DNA from: Chrysomallon squamiferum
Taxonomy: Eukaryota; Animalia; Mollusca
Reading direction: 5' to 3'
NCBI GenBank assembly: GCA_012295275.1
Contig: CM022672.1
Coordinates: 6,262,001-6,326,000 of the forward strand
Length of the DNA stretch: 64,000 nt
How positions within the stretch are numbered: the first letter of the stretch is position 1; the number at the start of each line of letters is the position of its first letter. A program made the position numbers and the translations under genes. Under the pieces are notes generated by a model. That model saw only the letters and a list, made by a program, of their open reading frames with translations. It did not search any database and had not been told where the DNA came from. This document shows, one piece after another, positions 32,830 through 47,387 of this stretch.

Positions 32830-35800
32830 ATGGATGAGGATGATCTTCCCATTGTTGGTGTCTGCATTGTATCAGAACCAGGAAGATGTCCAATTAAATA
32901 CAGACTGGTATTTATTTTTCAAAACTGATATTTATTTATTAGAATTAAATTTCATTTCTTTAAAAAAAAAATTATATCTTATGTTTATCTTGTTATTTTA
33001 ACTATATTATTATAGTGATGACAAATTTGATATGATGTCTTAATACAGTTTAAATTTTGTATTTATATTTTATTATTTTAGCTTATTATTATCATTATTT
33101 TGCTTTCTAATATAAGATATTTTTATTTCTATAGTAATTTACAGTTCTTCTAATGCATGTTAGCAAGTAGTAAAACTAGAATTCATTTATCATCAAGCTA
33201 CATCTTAAAACAATAATGTACCTTTGTGAGCATCAAACATAAAAGATCTGAATGTGTGCCTTGTAATATAATTCTTATTATATTGTTTATTAAATAGCAG
33301 TGTACTGTATCACACTGAAAAGAAATTACATTCAGTAACTAAAACAAAATCTGTTTACTAATTACTGAATAGTTTTACTATTGACATGCTGTGATTGAAT
33401 TCAGCCTTTTATAAAATATTATTGATAATAACTAAAATTTAAAATACACTTCAAACATGTTTCAGGTTGACAGAACCTACAACAAAAGTGAAGAGGCTGA
33501 TTTGTGGAAAGATGGTTTATTTGGAAGAAGGGTTACACGGTATCTTTGCCTTGAGAAGGCAGTTCCAGCTGAGGTAAGCAAATTAAAACTAAATATCTAA
33601 TTAGACAGAGCAGAATTTCAACAAGTATTCATTTCTTAATATCATCATCTTTAGCAATCTTCTATTTGTAAAGTAAAAGTTTGATATTAGGTCATTATAA
33701 TAATTTGTCATCTTTCTGAATCATTTACAAAAGTGAAATTTTCTTAAATAATTAGCAGGATCTAAAATTCAGCAATTTTTTATAAAATCAATATCTTAAC
33801 AGTCTTCTGGTTCTAAAATGAAAGTTGTATTTGGGTTGTTTTATATTAAAATCGTGTGTCCTCATTTTGTCCTATTTAAACAGTTGAATTTGAATTTTCT
33901 TTAATTGAAATTTAGACATAAATGTTTTTCAGACTAAAACCTAATAGATAACACATCTTAAAATCTGCCTGATGGACAGATGTTAGTTGAACAGTATTGT
34001 ATATAACCTGTGCCAAAAAAATATAGTAGATTTCCTCAAAAATGTTTGTCTAATATTGTGTGTATCCAGTACAGGAAATATTTTTCTCAAAAACACAATT
34101 TATACTCTTTTGAGAACATGTAGATGTGTATGGCATGTGGTACATGTTTTTTTTTTTTTTTTTTTTTTTTTAGTCTTTATTTTTTCAAGAATGTTTAAAA
34201 TCAATATGCTTTATTTTACTCTGAAGATGTTCATGTATTAATGTTTTTCTGTGTTTTACTTGTAGAACCAGGATGTTCTGGTTGATGTGACGCTAACCAA
34301 TGAAAAAGATCCTGTTCCAGCTGGCTTCGCAGTCATAGAACTCACTCATGATACAAGTTTGTTACTATTAGTTACATTCTACAAAATACATGTATGAATA
34401 ATATTATTTAAATTTTCTATTGAACTAGACTTTGAAGAAGTAACAATCAAAATGCAGGTCTGTCGTTGATCATTATGCATGCATTTTAAAAAATATATAG
34501 CTGAATGGTAGAGGGTTAAAACCAAATCTTAACATAAATCTTGACATAATCTATCAGTAGAGAAGTGAAAAATATAAAATACATCTTAAAATAACAACAG
34601 AAATTTGTGGTTAGGAATCTGAGATGATATATCAATGTTACAGAGCAACATTCTAGATGTATACATTATAATACTCTATAATACCATGCATATTTGTATT
34701 GTGTGTTGCTGTTTATTAATAGGTAAATCTTTGACTGGTCTCTGTGTGTGTGTGCATTTTCTCATGGGTTAAATGTTTAAGATGATCTAACAAGATTTTC
34801 TGTTACTGTTTTTGTTGCAGATGAGAAAGCTATAAGAAAACGATGTCTGTGTGTTAGATGGATGAACCCAGCTATGACAGACAGCGCAATCACAGATCTT
34901 GTTTTCATGTCAAAAGCAACACGTCGACCACCTACTGGCTACACATTGGTTGGGTAAGCATTTCAGGTGTTGGATTCATAAAGATGCTGAATTGGACCTA
35001 AGTGGGTTGACAATACCAGTTTATACTGAAAAATAACTGTTATTACACCTTTATGTTTTGTTTTCTTCAACAGTGTATCTGTTCACACTAGCAAACAGAA
35101 AAGACCTGCATTATGAGTTCCCAGTTGTGAATAAAAAGTAAATGACATTAAAATGTGAACGGACTCTTTGTTACTGTAAATATGAAGTTAGATAATAAAT
35201 TGATCTTTAAATTTATCAGTAATGACAATATATATTTTATTAATGTTCTTTGTGTCCATAGGGACACTTGTACAAAAATATTTCTTACACCCAATAAGAT
35301 AAAAAGACTAACATCAATTTTATTATATCATATTTTGGGGGGTGTTAAATATTTCTTTAACTCCTGTTCCTATCTCCACTATCATAGATAAACTTTCACT
35401 GTAAATAAACTGATTATAAATATATAACATAATACAAATATTTTTAGTAAATAAGAGTGCAGTAATTTTAATTTCTTATATTACCAATGTTGATTCCCCC
35501 CAAATTTTATAAATATAAATTGACAGCACAGCATTTTAATTTAATGATAATTAGGTAATGGTCACGTATTAATTGTATAATAAGCCTTTTCTTTTCTGTG
35601 AGTTAATTATATTTCTGAAGTATTTTAATATTTTAAATCTCCAGTGAAATGAACCACTTATCATTGTGTTATAAAATGGGAAAACTACCAAAGTTGGTGA
35701 AATCTGGAAATTTACAAGCAAATCTTCCTTACCCAATTCACGGTGGTCAGTTTGGTGGAGTCACAAATATGTAAGTTTTGTAATATCACACTATATCTAT

Positions 35801-37849
35801 ATATATATATATATATGTATATTTATATATTAAATTTTTACATATAGGTTTATTAGTAATTCCTCTTTTTCACTGAAAAAATGTTTTCATTATTGTATTA
35901 GTATTTGTATTAAAGACACAGCTAAAGTAGTTTCATCAAAAAAAAAAAACCCCATAAAAAATAAATACTTGTATGTTACATTATTTTTACTTCCTTATCA
36001 GACAAACATATGCTAAAATACAGTCAGCTAAATCTGTTAATGAACAAAATTCCATCTCTTAATATTGTTTTGAAAATTTTAAATTTTTTATTTTTTATTT
36101 TTTTAAAATACAATGTACAATAATGTCTTTCATATTTGTTATCAGTTTGATTGTTATAATTTCTGTGTATCATACGATTATTCCAGGTCAAATATCAGTT
36201 CATCTCTACCCTACTCTATGAACCCTGGCTCACAGGGTGTGACAAATAACTATAAAGCTCAGCAACCAGGCAGTAGTTTCTCAGTTCAAGGATCAAATGG
36301 TATGAAAGTGTCTCCTCATTGTATATGGTATATGTATATTTATATGGTACGTGTGAAAGAGAGAAAAGGACAGGAGAGAGGAGCAGAGAGAGAGGGAAAG
36401 ATAGAAAAAAACAGAAAGAAAGAGAATCAGAGAAAAAGTGAAACAGATGAAGAGAAAGAGAGAGAGAGAGAGATGGATGTACTTTGTCTGAAATTGTTGT
36501 TGCAGAAAGTCATTGGTATTTTGAATATTATTATTAATATATTAATCCAATGGAAGATTTCACTTTCATTGTTATTTACCTACACTTCTAGTTATTATCA
36601 TATTTAAAAACAATGTATATCCATGAGTAATGCACTAACACTTTTGGCTGTTTGAGTAAACTATAGGTATGTTTTAATCGTTTTAAAAATATACAGTCCT
36701 ATGTTCTTTTTATCTTACTATAATAATTATATTTATTTGACCTTATGTTTCATGAATTTTCATATAAGATTTTTTTAAATAAATTTTTTCAGCTCTGACT
36801 GGGATTCCTTGGGAATTTAATACAAAAATTCAAAACTTGTGTAAACTTGAAGATGTAAGTTATGGATGATGGAACATTACTTTGTGCAGTAACTAACAGG
36901 AATAACAAAACTACTGCAGAAAATAAAGGCTATGAAAAATTTCATGCCAAAATATCCGTGTCTATTTCAGAACAAGATTTTACTTATAAAATGTCAATAC
37001 CAAAAATCTCAGATTAATTGTGTTTTTCATTAATTGATAAGTACTGGAATAATGAAGTGGATGTTTTCTGAAATAAATATTTTACATTCAGTAATGAATA
37101 GAAAAAAAATAATTGATGTAAGAAAAATTAAGCAAAAGAAACAGGTTTTTTGTTTTTTTTTTTGATGGGGGGGTTAATTGCAAAAACAGACTATTTAGTT
37201 TATATTTATTTATGCAGTTTTGTATCACTTTTTAAATTTTATTTTTATTTTTGTACAGATATGTGTTCCTGAAGTTAAATACAAGACTATCATGGATATT
37301 GAAAATGAGGTAGGAAATTTATTAATATATTTGTGACAGTTTGTGAACATATGTGTATTTGTATATTTAAGATAGATCAGAATGGAATAACCTAAAGAAT
37401 ATAGTTTTTTTTTTTTGGTATCAGCGATTTTGAACTTACTAAAGCATAAGAGAAAAAATTAAATACTAAATTTATCTTGGATTACAGTTAAATACAATTT
37501 ATGTGATTTAGACTCTGGCACTGATAGATTTATATGATCTAAACTCATTTTATATTTCATTGGAGTTACACCATACTTGTTCTCTGCCTTTCATGTAAAT
37601 GTTTTGTGTGGTAGGTAGGTAGGAGTTATTGGTTATACCATATTCTATTTTAAGAACTTTTTGTTGCCCTGGACTAACATTCTATGTAATGTTGTATTGG
37701 TTTTACAGGTTTTTTTTAAATTACTGGTGTATTCTCATTAAATTATTGAAAATAATTTTTCAACAGAGATCACTTTTTGTTTACAGTATTATTACGATTT
37801 CCAAACAGAATTGTCGGTAAAAGGAGGAAGAACTTCAGAATCAACATGA
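32830..37849 (+). CDS. MVB12B: Multivesicular body subunit 12 (ESCRT-I; MABP + UMA domains), 9 coding exons, 274 aa
   Basis: Exons: 32830-32907, 33466-33573, 34266-34356, 34821-34953, 35645-35770, 36187-36299, 36793-36854, 37259-37309, 37787-37849 (825 nt, phases consistent). Motifs LPIVGVCIVS, ADLWKDGLFGRRVTRYLC, EKAIRKRCLCV (MABP) and ALTGIPW...DIENEYYYDFQTE (UMA). Mostly absent from the supplied ORF track because exons are short. Probably the single pro-ortholog of MVB12A/B. Confidence 0.92.
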
Positions 37850-40196
37850 TCAAAAAAAACAAAAAACTTTTAAAATGAAATTGAAGAAAAAGAACAAAGA
37901 AAAGTTTATGGAAGCTGTCTGTATTCTTCACCAGTAATTTTTCAAAATCAATCTCAAATTTAGTGGGTAAACAATTGTAAAATATAATAACTCAGTTGTG
38001 TGTGTATTTTGGGATTAATAAATCGTGCTTAAATTAGAGTCCTATGGTGTGTAACAAAGTATTGCTTATGAAACTTACTTTGCAGTTTTAGGAATTATTG
38101 ATAAATCATGCTTTTAGGGATTAAAAAGTTTTGTTTTATGAGATAGTTATTGGTTTTTTTTAAGCATTCTGACTTTGTTTTTATTGAACTACGATATTTA
38201 TTGTTATTTATCCATGAACAAAATTAATCTGGTTAGAAAGAAACCATAAAGTTAATAAATGTATTTTATATTGTATGTTGAAATAGTTTTACCAACTGCA
38301 ATGTTAAACTGAAAAATGTTGCAATCGTGTTACCTTGGTGAATGTTCTATAAATAGACAACAGATGGTGCTGCACATAAATTTGTGGGTTTTTTCACATA
38401 CTTATGTAGGTTGGTAAGTAATACATTTGTTATTTCTTTTAAAGGTTTTTGTAATAGATTTTTCTATAATATATCTGCTGAAATTTGAATATTAAGTGTT
38501 TTTGCCTTGTTTCAAAGAGTCTAGTTACAGCCTTGCTTCATACTTTATTTTTTGTTATGATGTCTGTGACTTTTTTTTTTTTTTTTTTCTTGAATGGTAA
38601 ATATAATTATTTTTGATATCCATAAAAATAGTCTAAAGAAAATTTTTATGTTGATTTTAACCTTTTCACTAACAAAAGAAAATTCCAGTGTTTGGTTTTA
38701 ACCTCTTCACTACCAAGGCTAAATAATCGCATTGAAGTGAACCTAGTTTTAACAATTTTTCCTTAATTTATCATTATGTTGTCATTTGAAATGATAACCC
38801 ATAAACAAAACACAATAAACTGTGGTGGAAGGGATATAACCAGGTATCATTCTAGACTGATGAAAATGTGAAACAGTATGGCCATCTTTATTGATGAAGA
38901 AAATTTTGTAAGAGGTTTCGTGTGCATTTATTTCCATTATCTTAGTTCACAGAGACAAGTTTATATCTTTATCTCAAATATTTTCTTTAAATTTTTTTTT
39001 AATTTATATATATATATAGTAATGTCAGTAATAATGTTTATAACATTTGTTATTTATTAATTAAATATTTTATTTTATTTTATTTTTTTTTATTTTTTTT
39101 TTTTATAGTAAATTTAGTAATAACTACTTTTCAGATTTATCCTTTTTTGTTTTTTCTTTTAATATTATTATTTTTAATCACTTCTTTTCTGTTTTTTTTT
39201 TTTAAATTACTATTTTAACTGTCTTGTTTTGTTCCTGCTGGCAGGAAGATATTTATAATTTTCACCTTTTCCATTCTTTGTTTTGATTTTTCACTCCAAG
39301 CCTCAAAAACAGTAAGAAATATAGTGTTATAGGTCTAGTCTAGTATGTAGACAAAGGAACTGGAAGAGAAAGATATGAGTTTTATTAATTGTATTACTTT
39401 TTGTATTCATTTAAAATCATGGAAAACATTTAAAAAAAATATATATATTATCTAGTTTAAGAATTGACCAGAAGCTAAGCAGGAGGATTGAATTTTTCTT
39501 AATTTGAATGGGAATGAACTTGTCAGTGTTTCTGTATATATGTAAGTAATGGAAAAAATCTCCTAGTCTTGGTTTTTATTTTATCTCTCTAAGAAATTTT
39601 CAAATAAAAGTTTTCAAATTATGTAATAACATGTAAATACAACTCAACATGTTTTAAGTATATTGTTTTTTTTTTTTCTTCCTTTCTTTAAAAATTATTA
39701 AAATAAAAATGGTAATTTATAGTAAGCAGCATTATGTTATATTTTGATGATTGTGTTTGTTTACTTTAATAGCAGAGTATGTATTACTATTATTCATCTT
39801 GTAAGTATGAAGTAACACAACTGAAATACATGTTTGTAATTATTTAAATATGTACTTTATTCATGTATTATGGTTAGGCAGCTTTGGCAAAGATAAAACC
39901 AAATCAAAACTGTATATTTAAAAAGAGTTTTATGTTTGTTTCATGATACCCTAGCACAAAAATAAAATTGGCTATTGGGTGTTATAAAGATTTTATTCAA
40001 TATTATCAGTGAAAAGGATGATATTACTTTTCTCTTATTTATTGATAACATAATTTATTGCAATATAGTCAGATTACTTTATTTATTTTGTATACCATTA
40101 TGTAAATCTAATTCTTGAATACAAAATACAATAATCGAAATATAAAAAGTTAACATTAACAAACAGCAAAGTTTACCAGTCGAAATCATATAAGAT

Positions 40197-40390
40197 ACAT
40201 AAATTAAATAATAGCAATATTTATTTAATAAATAATACATATGGTACATAAAATTAATAATAGTAAAATTTATTTAATAAATAAAATACATGATACATAA
40301 ATTTAGTAATAGTAATATTTATTTAAAGAATAAAATACATGATATATAAATTTAATAATGTTATTATTTAATTAATAAATAATTATGATA
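40197..40390. repeat. Degenerate AT-rich tandem repeat, about 48-bp unit, about 4 copies
   Basis: Recurring acataaatt..aatag(c/t)aatatttatttaataaataaaatacatgat. Confidence 0.7.
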
Positions 40391-41053
40391 AATAGATGCA
40401 ATGTTGAAAAGCTGACTTTTGAAATGTACATTTTTGGAATTATTTCACAATATATACGTACATGATCGATAAAATGAATAGCATTATTTAAAAAAATTGT
40501 TTTTAATAAATAAGATGTATAGAAGCAACGTTGACCAGCTTATGTCTAAAATACACGTATTTTGGAACTTGTAAAAGCGCTTGAAGCTGATGTTTGTACA
40601 CGCACGTATTTCCATGACTATTTTAAAATTATTTTATTGCTACTGTCTTTCAGAACCACGTAGCCACCATTACGCAGGCACAAACTCATACAATTGTTTC
40701 AGGTTTCATATGTTAAAACCCCACAAGAATTGTGTAATTTCTTACAAAATGAAAAGACCTAGATTCAATCTTCTATCAACACCTTTGCCACTTGTCAAGA
40801 TAACATTACACCCTCATACCGTGTAATTTCATTTTCATCCCACCTGTATCGCCAAAATGTGTTAAAACGTGTAAGCGCTGATTTCTTCTACAACAATGGA
40901 TCATCTTTATAATGCTGCCTTATGTCCTGTTTTCTCTCACCTTTTTTTTTTTTTTTTTTTTTTTCTATTTCTTTACAAAATACTGAATTGTGAGTACTCT
41001 GGATTTATAATCTCTTAGTTATTTTATGGTTTTGTAAGGACGTTTGTTTCAAT

Positions 41054-41572
41054 TCAGAGTGTAACTTGCTGCACGGAAGAAGATCTGTCGGGACCGGAAC
41101 ACTCCGAGTTTTTGACCATCTTCCCACAGCAAGACCAGTGAGGCCCACCAGGGTACGATGGATGACCATGACCACATCCGAGAAAACCTCCTGAAAATTG
41201 ATATTTTAAAATGTTCTAAGTAATACGAAAATTAAATATCCTTAATGAAACAAATTATCATAACAAAAAAAAAATAATAATAATAATAAGTCATCTATTT
41301 GCGTCCTTCCACAGAAATTAAATCCAAAGGACATCAGGCTCCAGACTCCATATATCACGAGTTATTTTAAATCCTGAAATTCTGTACGATGTGTATTTGC
41401 CCAGTTCGAGCTTATGATTAGAAATGTGTGAATTACATGGAACTACAACTTTAATTTTGAGATTAAACCGTCTAGATCAGACATCAAGTCGAGACTTTGT
41501 GAAATCACACACCACTGAAGGGAAAACACTTTGTTGTTTCTTCTTATTGTTATTATTACTAAAATTATTAAA

Positions 41573-41614
<42 letters not shown>

Positions 41615-43795
41615 TTACTGAAGCCACTTCATCTTCAAACTGGCGTTAGACGCAATGAAGACGTTTTCCTTTTATTTTTAAATCGCTATACAATATCGAA
41701 ATACGATGAAATGAAACAAAATAAAAAGTCAATATAACATAACTGAAGATTATTTTAAGTGAGGTAAATTTATTATTATTATTTATTTATTATTATTTTT
41801 TTTTTTTTTACCTGGCATCAAACCTTTGCAGCCACAAGCAACGTCTTTCCTTCCACCAGTTTGACAAAATGTACAACACTGCCATACGCCTTTGTGTTCA
41901 CGCCATTTTGATTGCACATTAAATTTAATGGGACTGTCCTGCAATACAAATGCTTTTAATAATTTTTCAATCTTCAGAAATCTGACTATTGCATATTCCT
42001 TTTTTTTTTTTTTTTTTTTTATCTCAGTCATTTTAGTCATCTTCTTTACTTAGTAATATAAACTGAGCTACTTTTAGTTAACGGCGGTTCTTAATTCGTT
42101 CTTGATAACAGTACTTGAAACTGTAGCAAATTATAAAAATGGATAACCGAAACGTACTTCTGTTCCTGGGAAAGGTCAGTTTTACTCCATAAAATTTTAA
42201 ATTCAAGCTATGAAAAATTCTTATTGTAAAACTTTAGAACTGATCTATCTCAAGTAACCGCTGCCAAAATCATACTAAATTATAAAACGTATCTTTTGTG
42301 ATGCTTACAAATAGTCTAAATATATTCTGGGTTCTTCCAGTCTAACTTTTTATTAATTTTCCCCTTCCTATCTTAATTAATAACGAAGTATAACAAAACA
42401 AACAACAAACAAAAAACAAAACAAAAAATATATATATATATATATATATAAAAATATCTGGATGCCGCCATTTACCTATGGTGACGTCATCACATACAGG
42501 TTTTTTTTAATTCTTATTTTATCAATTTGATTTTTTATTTATTGTTCTTCTTTTGTTGTTGTTGAATTATTGGAAATAATTAGAAAATATTCGAATTCTA
42601 CCTTGATTGGTTGTCCATTAACAGCAACATGGATGTAATGCGTTCCGTTTTCTGTTGGAATGAAGCTCAACGTGAAAGTCCCATCCATATTGTCTGTGAA
42701 TGAAACTGGAATACTTCTGTAATAGATAAATATACATCATTAAATACAACTAGCAAGATAAGGTAAGGCTAATTGTAAAATTGTAAAATTAAGTTCACGT
42801 ATTGTTATCGTTTCTTTCTTCTTCTTTTTCAAAAACCCCAAACAAAAACAAAAACAAAAACAAACAAAAAAACCATAGATGAGAAACGCCAAAAATAATA
42901 AATAAATAAATAAATAAATATTATTATTATTATTGTGCGGCATTATTTTCCCATTAACATTGCTTGAAACGTAGGATTTTTTTAGCTGTTTACATTTCAA
43001 TACTCATGATAGCTTTCTAGCCACTCCTATAGGCTGATAATCAAAATAAGAAAACCTACTTCAAATTATATTTAACAAACTGTCCTCTTACTTACTATTT
43101 TATGCCCTGTTGCTGCTACTACTCCTACTACTTTTACAATAAATAAATAAATAAATAATAAGGAATATTAATACTTTAAGGACAGTACTTACCTTAACGT
43201 TTCATTCTGGTAGATTAGCCACGCCCTGATGTGAACGTCACTAGCTGTGTAGGGGACATTGTCAGAATCTTTAACAGACAAAAACATCTGAGACTTATGT
43301 CCAATCCTTGATGTCGACAAACCTACAAAGTTAATATACAAAGAAGATGAATTGTTTTAAATTTCGCCGGCCATATATAAACACAGAGCCAGTGGTTCTG
43401 TATGAAGCAACAACAACAACAGAAATAAATAAATAAATAATAGTTATTTATACTCGAAACATAATGTTAAAACAATTTAAATCCTCTCACGCACAAAACT
43501 GAATTAAGTGGAAATAATTTGCAGGTTATTATTTATTTATTAATTTATACTACTACTACTGCTATTATTATTACTATTGCTACTACTACTACTACTACTA
43601 ATAATAATAGTAATAACAATAATAACAGAGTAATTGTTTTTGTTATAGAACTAGACGTAGTCATAGTAAAAGTAGTAGTAGTTCTAAAAACAGTAATTGT
43701 GACAATAGTAATAATAGTAATAAAATTGGTGGCAGCAGAAGTAGTAGTAGTAGTAGTAGTTATTGTAATGCAGTATTTTTTCTTCCTCTTCGACT

Positions 43796-43889
<94 letters not shown>

Positions 43890-46800
43890 GTGTGTGTGTG
43901 TGTGTTCAGACGATTGTCGTTTCTGTAACGTTTGGAATGCCTTCTCTGTTTCGTTTCTTTGTTTCTCGCTTCTTGTATTTTTTCTTTCTTTTTTTAAAAT
44001 TTATTTATCTACATGGTTTTCTTAAATAAGAATGGGCCAGTTCTGAAGTGCAACTTGTAACAGTTATGTCAGACAGGAGAGTGAAATGCACATCTGTCTG
44101 CTGAGTGTAACCGAGAAAGAGGCTCAAACAAATTAGAGTGAAGCACACAAAATGGACTCGCGTGTGGTATTCAAGTGTTTTACTCACTCGGTTCTAAGAA
44201 TATCGCGCACTGACAGAAGAAAAGGAAAAATCGTGCATTTTTCTTCTATTTTTTTTTTTTTTTTTTTTTTTGCAGAACGAAGACTAAAACAAGTTGAACG
44301 ACCTCTATCGTATCTTCGTTGAAAATATTGTTGTTATTATTATTATTATTATTATTATTGGTAGTAGTAGTAGTAGCGGTGGTGGTAGTAGTAGTAGTAG
44401 TGGAGATAGCAGCGGGCCAATATAGAGGCCTATCAGTAATAACAGTTGAAGTAGAATAACTGCAGTTATTGTGGAAATAATAACAGCAGCAGTCATAGTA
44501 ATAGTTGTAGTTGCAGTAGTAACAGTATTATTAGTAACAGCTATAGAAATAATGGTATTAGTACTACAAGTAGATTAATTAATTAATTTATTATTATTAT
44601 TACTGAACGTTTTGCTACTAAAGAGTATGATTTGTTGAATTTAGAGTAAGTCTATTTTTGTTGTATTTAACCTGTATAAAAGAAGCGGCGTTACAAAATA
44701 CTGAAAAGATCTGACTTGCAATTTTCTTCAGAGCGTGTAGCAGCTATCTAAGCGATTCATCTCACTGATAATTAGTTTGTCAGTCGCTTCCTGACTTTAG
44801 AATACACATCTTACCAAGTGGATTTAATTTTGTTGATTTTTTTTTTTTTTTTTTTTTTTTTAAAGGACTTACTTTTTTGTATTCATTATAATTACAATCC
44901 TTTGCGCTTATTTAAAAAAAAAAAAAAAAAAAAGAAGAAAAAAAAATATTTAAGTAAATAATAATTATGTCTGTGAATTCGTTCTGGTGTATCAACGCGT
45001 GTAAAAGAAATTATGATTACATACTAAACGAATAACGGAAACGTAAACACAGTGTTTGTACATAGATACCTTTGTAAACAATACTAGGCTGAAACTGAAA
45101 GTTTGATTATTTTTCTTTGTTATTATTAAAATGTTAATCGAAAATAAGTTTTAGCAATATTCAACACAGAATTAGCTCTATACATACGCGAAAGAAACAA
45201 ATATAAGGATCCGAATTTTTTTTCTTATTAACATAAGTATTTTATTTTCAAAATTTATTTTCATGTTTTCAGAATATCTTTTCTTGATAAATATTTCTTT
45301 CTGTCAGAATCCAACACTTCTTTTGTTTAACTATTTTCTTTTTCAATCAGAATCTATTCCTTTTATTGTTTAACCAATACTTTCTTACTTTCAGTGTCTA
45401 CTACTTATGTTGTTTAATTAATACTTTATATCAGAATCTAATGTTTCTTTTGTTTAAACTAGTGCTTTCTATCAGAAACTAACTCTTCTCTTGTTTAACT
45501 AATACTTTCTTTCTAACAGAATCTAACTCTTCTCTTGTTTAACTAATACTTTCTTTCTATCAGAATCTAACTCTTCTCTTGTTTAACTAATACTTTCTTT
45601 CTTTCAGTGTCTATTATGTTTCTTGTTTAACTAATATTTTCTTTGTATCAGAATCAAAAATTTCTCTTGTTTAACTAATTCTTTCTTTCAGTGTCTATTA
45701 TGTTTCTTGTTTAACTAATACTTTCTTTCTAACAGAATCTAACTCTTCTCTTGTTTAATACTTTCTTTCTTTCAGTGTCTATTATGTTTCTTGTTTAACT
45801 AATACTTTCTTTCTAACAGAATCTAACTCTTCTCTTGTTTAACTAATACTTTCTTTCTTTCAGTGTCTATTATGTTTCTTGTTTAACTAATATTTTCTTT
45901 GTATCAGAATCTAAAACTTCTGTTGTTTAACTAATATTTTCTTTCTATCAGAATCTAAAACTTCTGTTGTTTAACTAATATTTTCTTTCTGTCAGAATCT
46001 AACACTTCTGTTGTTTAACTAATTCTTTCTATCGGTAATACTCACCTTCTCCTGTCAGAGTGGAATGTATGGCGGACGCCTGTTTTGACAAAATTTTCCC
46101 AAACATTTGGAAATTATTGATGACGTTACTTTTTTCTTCTGGACAGAACTTCATGTAATCACTGATATTTGAGTTCGTATGAAAAGTCAATTTATTTAAG
46201 TGGCTCAGTCGTCCTGTGATCAGCTTTTTGACAGTTAGAATTTCTAAGTCCGAACCAGAGTCGACTAGATCCGAAACAAGACGACATGTTTCCCCCACTT
46301 CCCCCTTTATGTCCTCCAGACGAAGCTTGCTGGCATCAAGACATCTTTCTTTTTCCTGCACGATGTCTTGAATCTGATCTATCAGAGCCTGGCGATGCTT
46401 TTCGATAGCTTGGACGTAGCTGTCCATAAATTTGTTTACTTCGCTTTCTGTTTGTTTGGCTTTAGTTCTTATTTTATCCTTTATGCACCCAACATTTTTT
46501 AAGCGAACATCCACGGAGTTTACCCTGGGAACAACATTCTGAATAAGCTTCTGCAGTTCGTTCATTTTTTGCCTAAAAACATCGGACGTGATTGGAGAGT
46601 ATTGATGGTTTTTATGAAACGACTCGGCGCATCGTCTGCAAATGACGTCATCGCATTCGGAACAGAACAAATTTAATTCCTCTTTAGAATGTCTGGAACA
46701 GAAAATAAGTGAGTCGCACTCCATTACTGAAGATTTTTTTGAAATATCGAGTAACTTGTGGCTTCTAGTTCTTTTTTGTCTACGATGGGATTCCTCGCAC

Positions 46801-47387
46801 ATGTGACACAAATTTTCTGAGCATTCGCTGCACCTTACTGTGGCAAAACCATTCGTCTCACAGCACGAGTCACACATGGTTACAACACTGTGATTCTGAC
46901 TTTGAAAAGCAGCTTCTTTCAGTTTTCTTAAGATGACGAAATTTATGGGCAGTTCTTTGACATCAGTGGCTATCTCTACCTCTCTCAGGCACGCAGGACA
47001 TAATATCATTCTCGATCTCCCGCCTAATCTTTCTCCAGTCTTCCAGTCGTCTGAAGAATTGTGAGATGACACATCCACACTGACGTTGCCCATTCCCGCC
47101 GCCTCAACATGGGACGCCGAATTTCGTTCCGATTTCACATTCATTGGGTACGTCTTAAACTTGACAATACACTCGGAACAGAACGAATGAAGGCAGGGCA
47201 GCAGTCTTGGACTTTTGAAGTTTTCTCCGCAGGCAGAGCATCGCAGTTTGTCACAGAGTGATTGACGAGCTGGTTTCGTACAAGCCATGTTTTCGCTTTT
47301 TGTCACTTTTTCGGGAACGTCTTTTCCAGCCAACCTGCTGAAGTCGCGCAGTTTGAGAGATCTGTACGTTATCACCTTTCGTTCCAT
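41054..47387 (-). CDS. TRIM45: Tripartite motif E3 ligase TRIM45 (RING, two B-boxes, coiled coil, filamin repeat, Cys/His-rich tail), 616 aa
   Basis: Exons: 46046-47387, 43193-43322, 42602-42716, 41812-41938, 41054-41190 (1851 nt). RING CSAC..LLPCLHSFCSEC..CPAC, B-boxes, filamin DNMDGTFTLSFIP..GQPIKDSP, and the TRIM45-specific tail HKGVWQCCTFC..CGCKGLMPGGFLGCGHGH..HWSCCGK. Confidence 0.94.
43820..43905. repeat. (TTA)n plus (TG)n microsatellite
   Basis: Direct reading. Confidence 0.9.
45295..46032. repeat. Minisatellite (about 38-42-bp units, two variants) abutting the donor of TRIM45 exon 1
   Basis: Core ttgtttaactaatactttctttct followed by either aacagaatctaactcttctc or ttcagtgtctattatgtttc. 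Confidence 0.95.

Noticed and set aside
36300-36607. Charged Lys/Glu/Arg-rich extension of ORF 36113-36607
   Set aside because: It is read-through into a (GA)-rich intron after the donor at 36300; only 36187-36299 is exon.
45295-46032. Constant core plus variable segment resembling CRISPR repeat-spacer organisation
   Set aside because: The variable segments are only two recurring variants, not unique spacers; it is a minisatellite.
47000-47160. Long low-complexity insertion splitting the TRIM45 RING before its last CxxC
   Set aside because: Vertebrate TRIM45 also has an extended loop here, so it is not novel.
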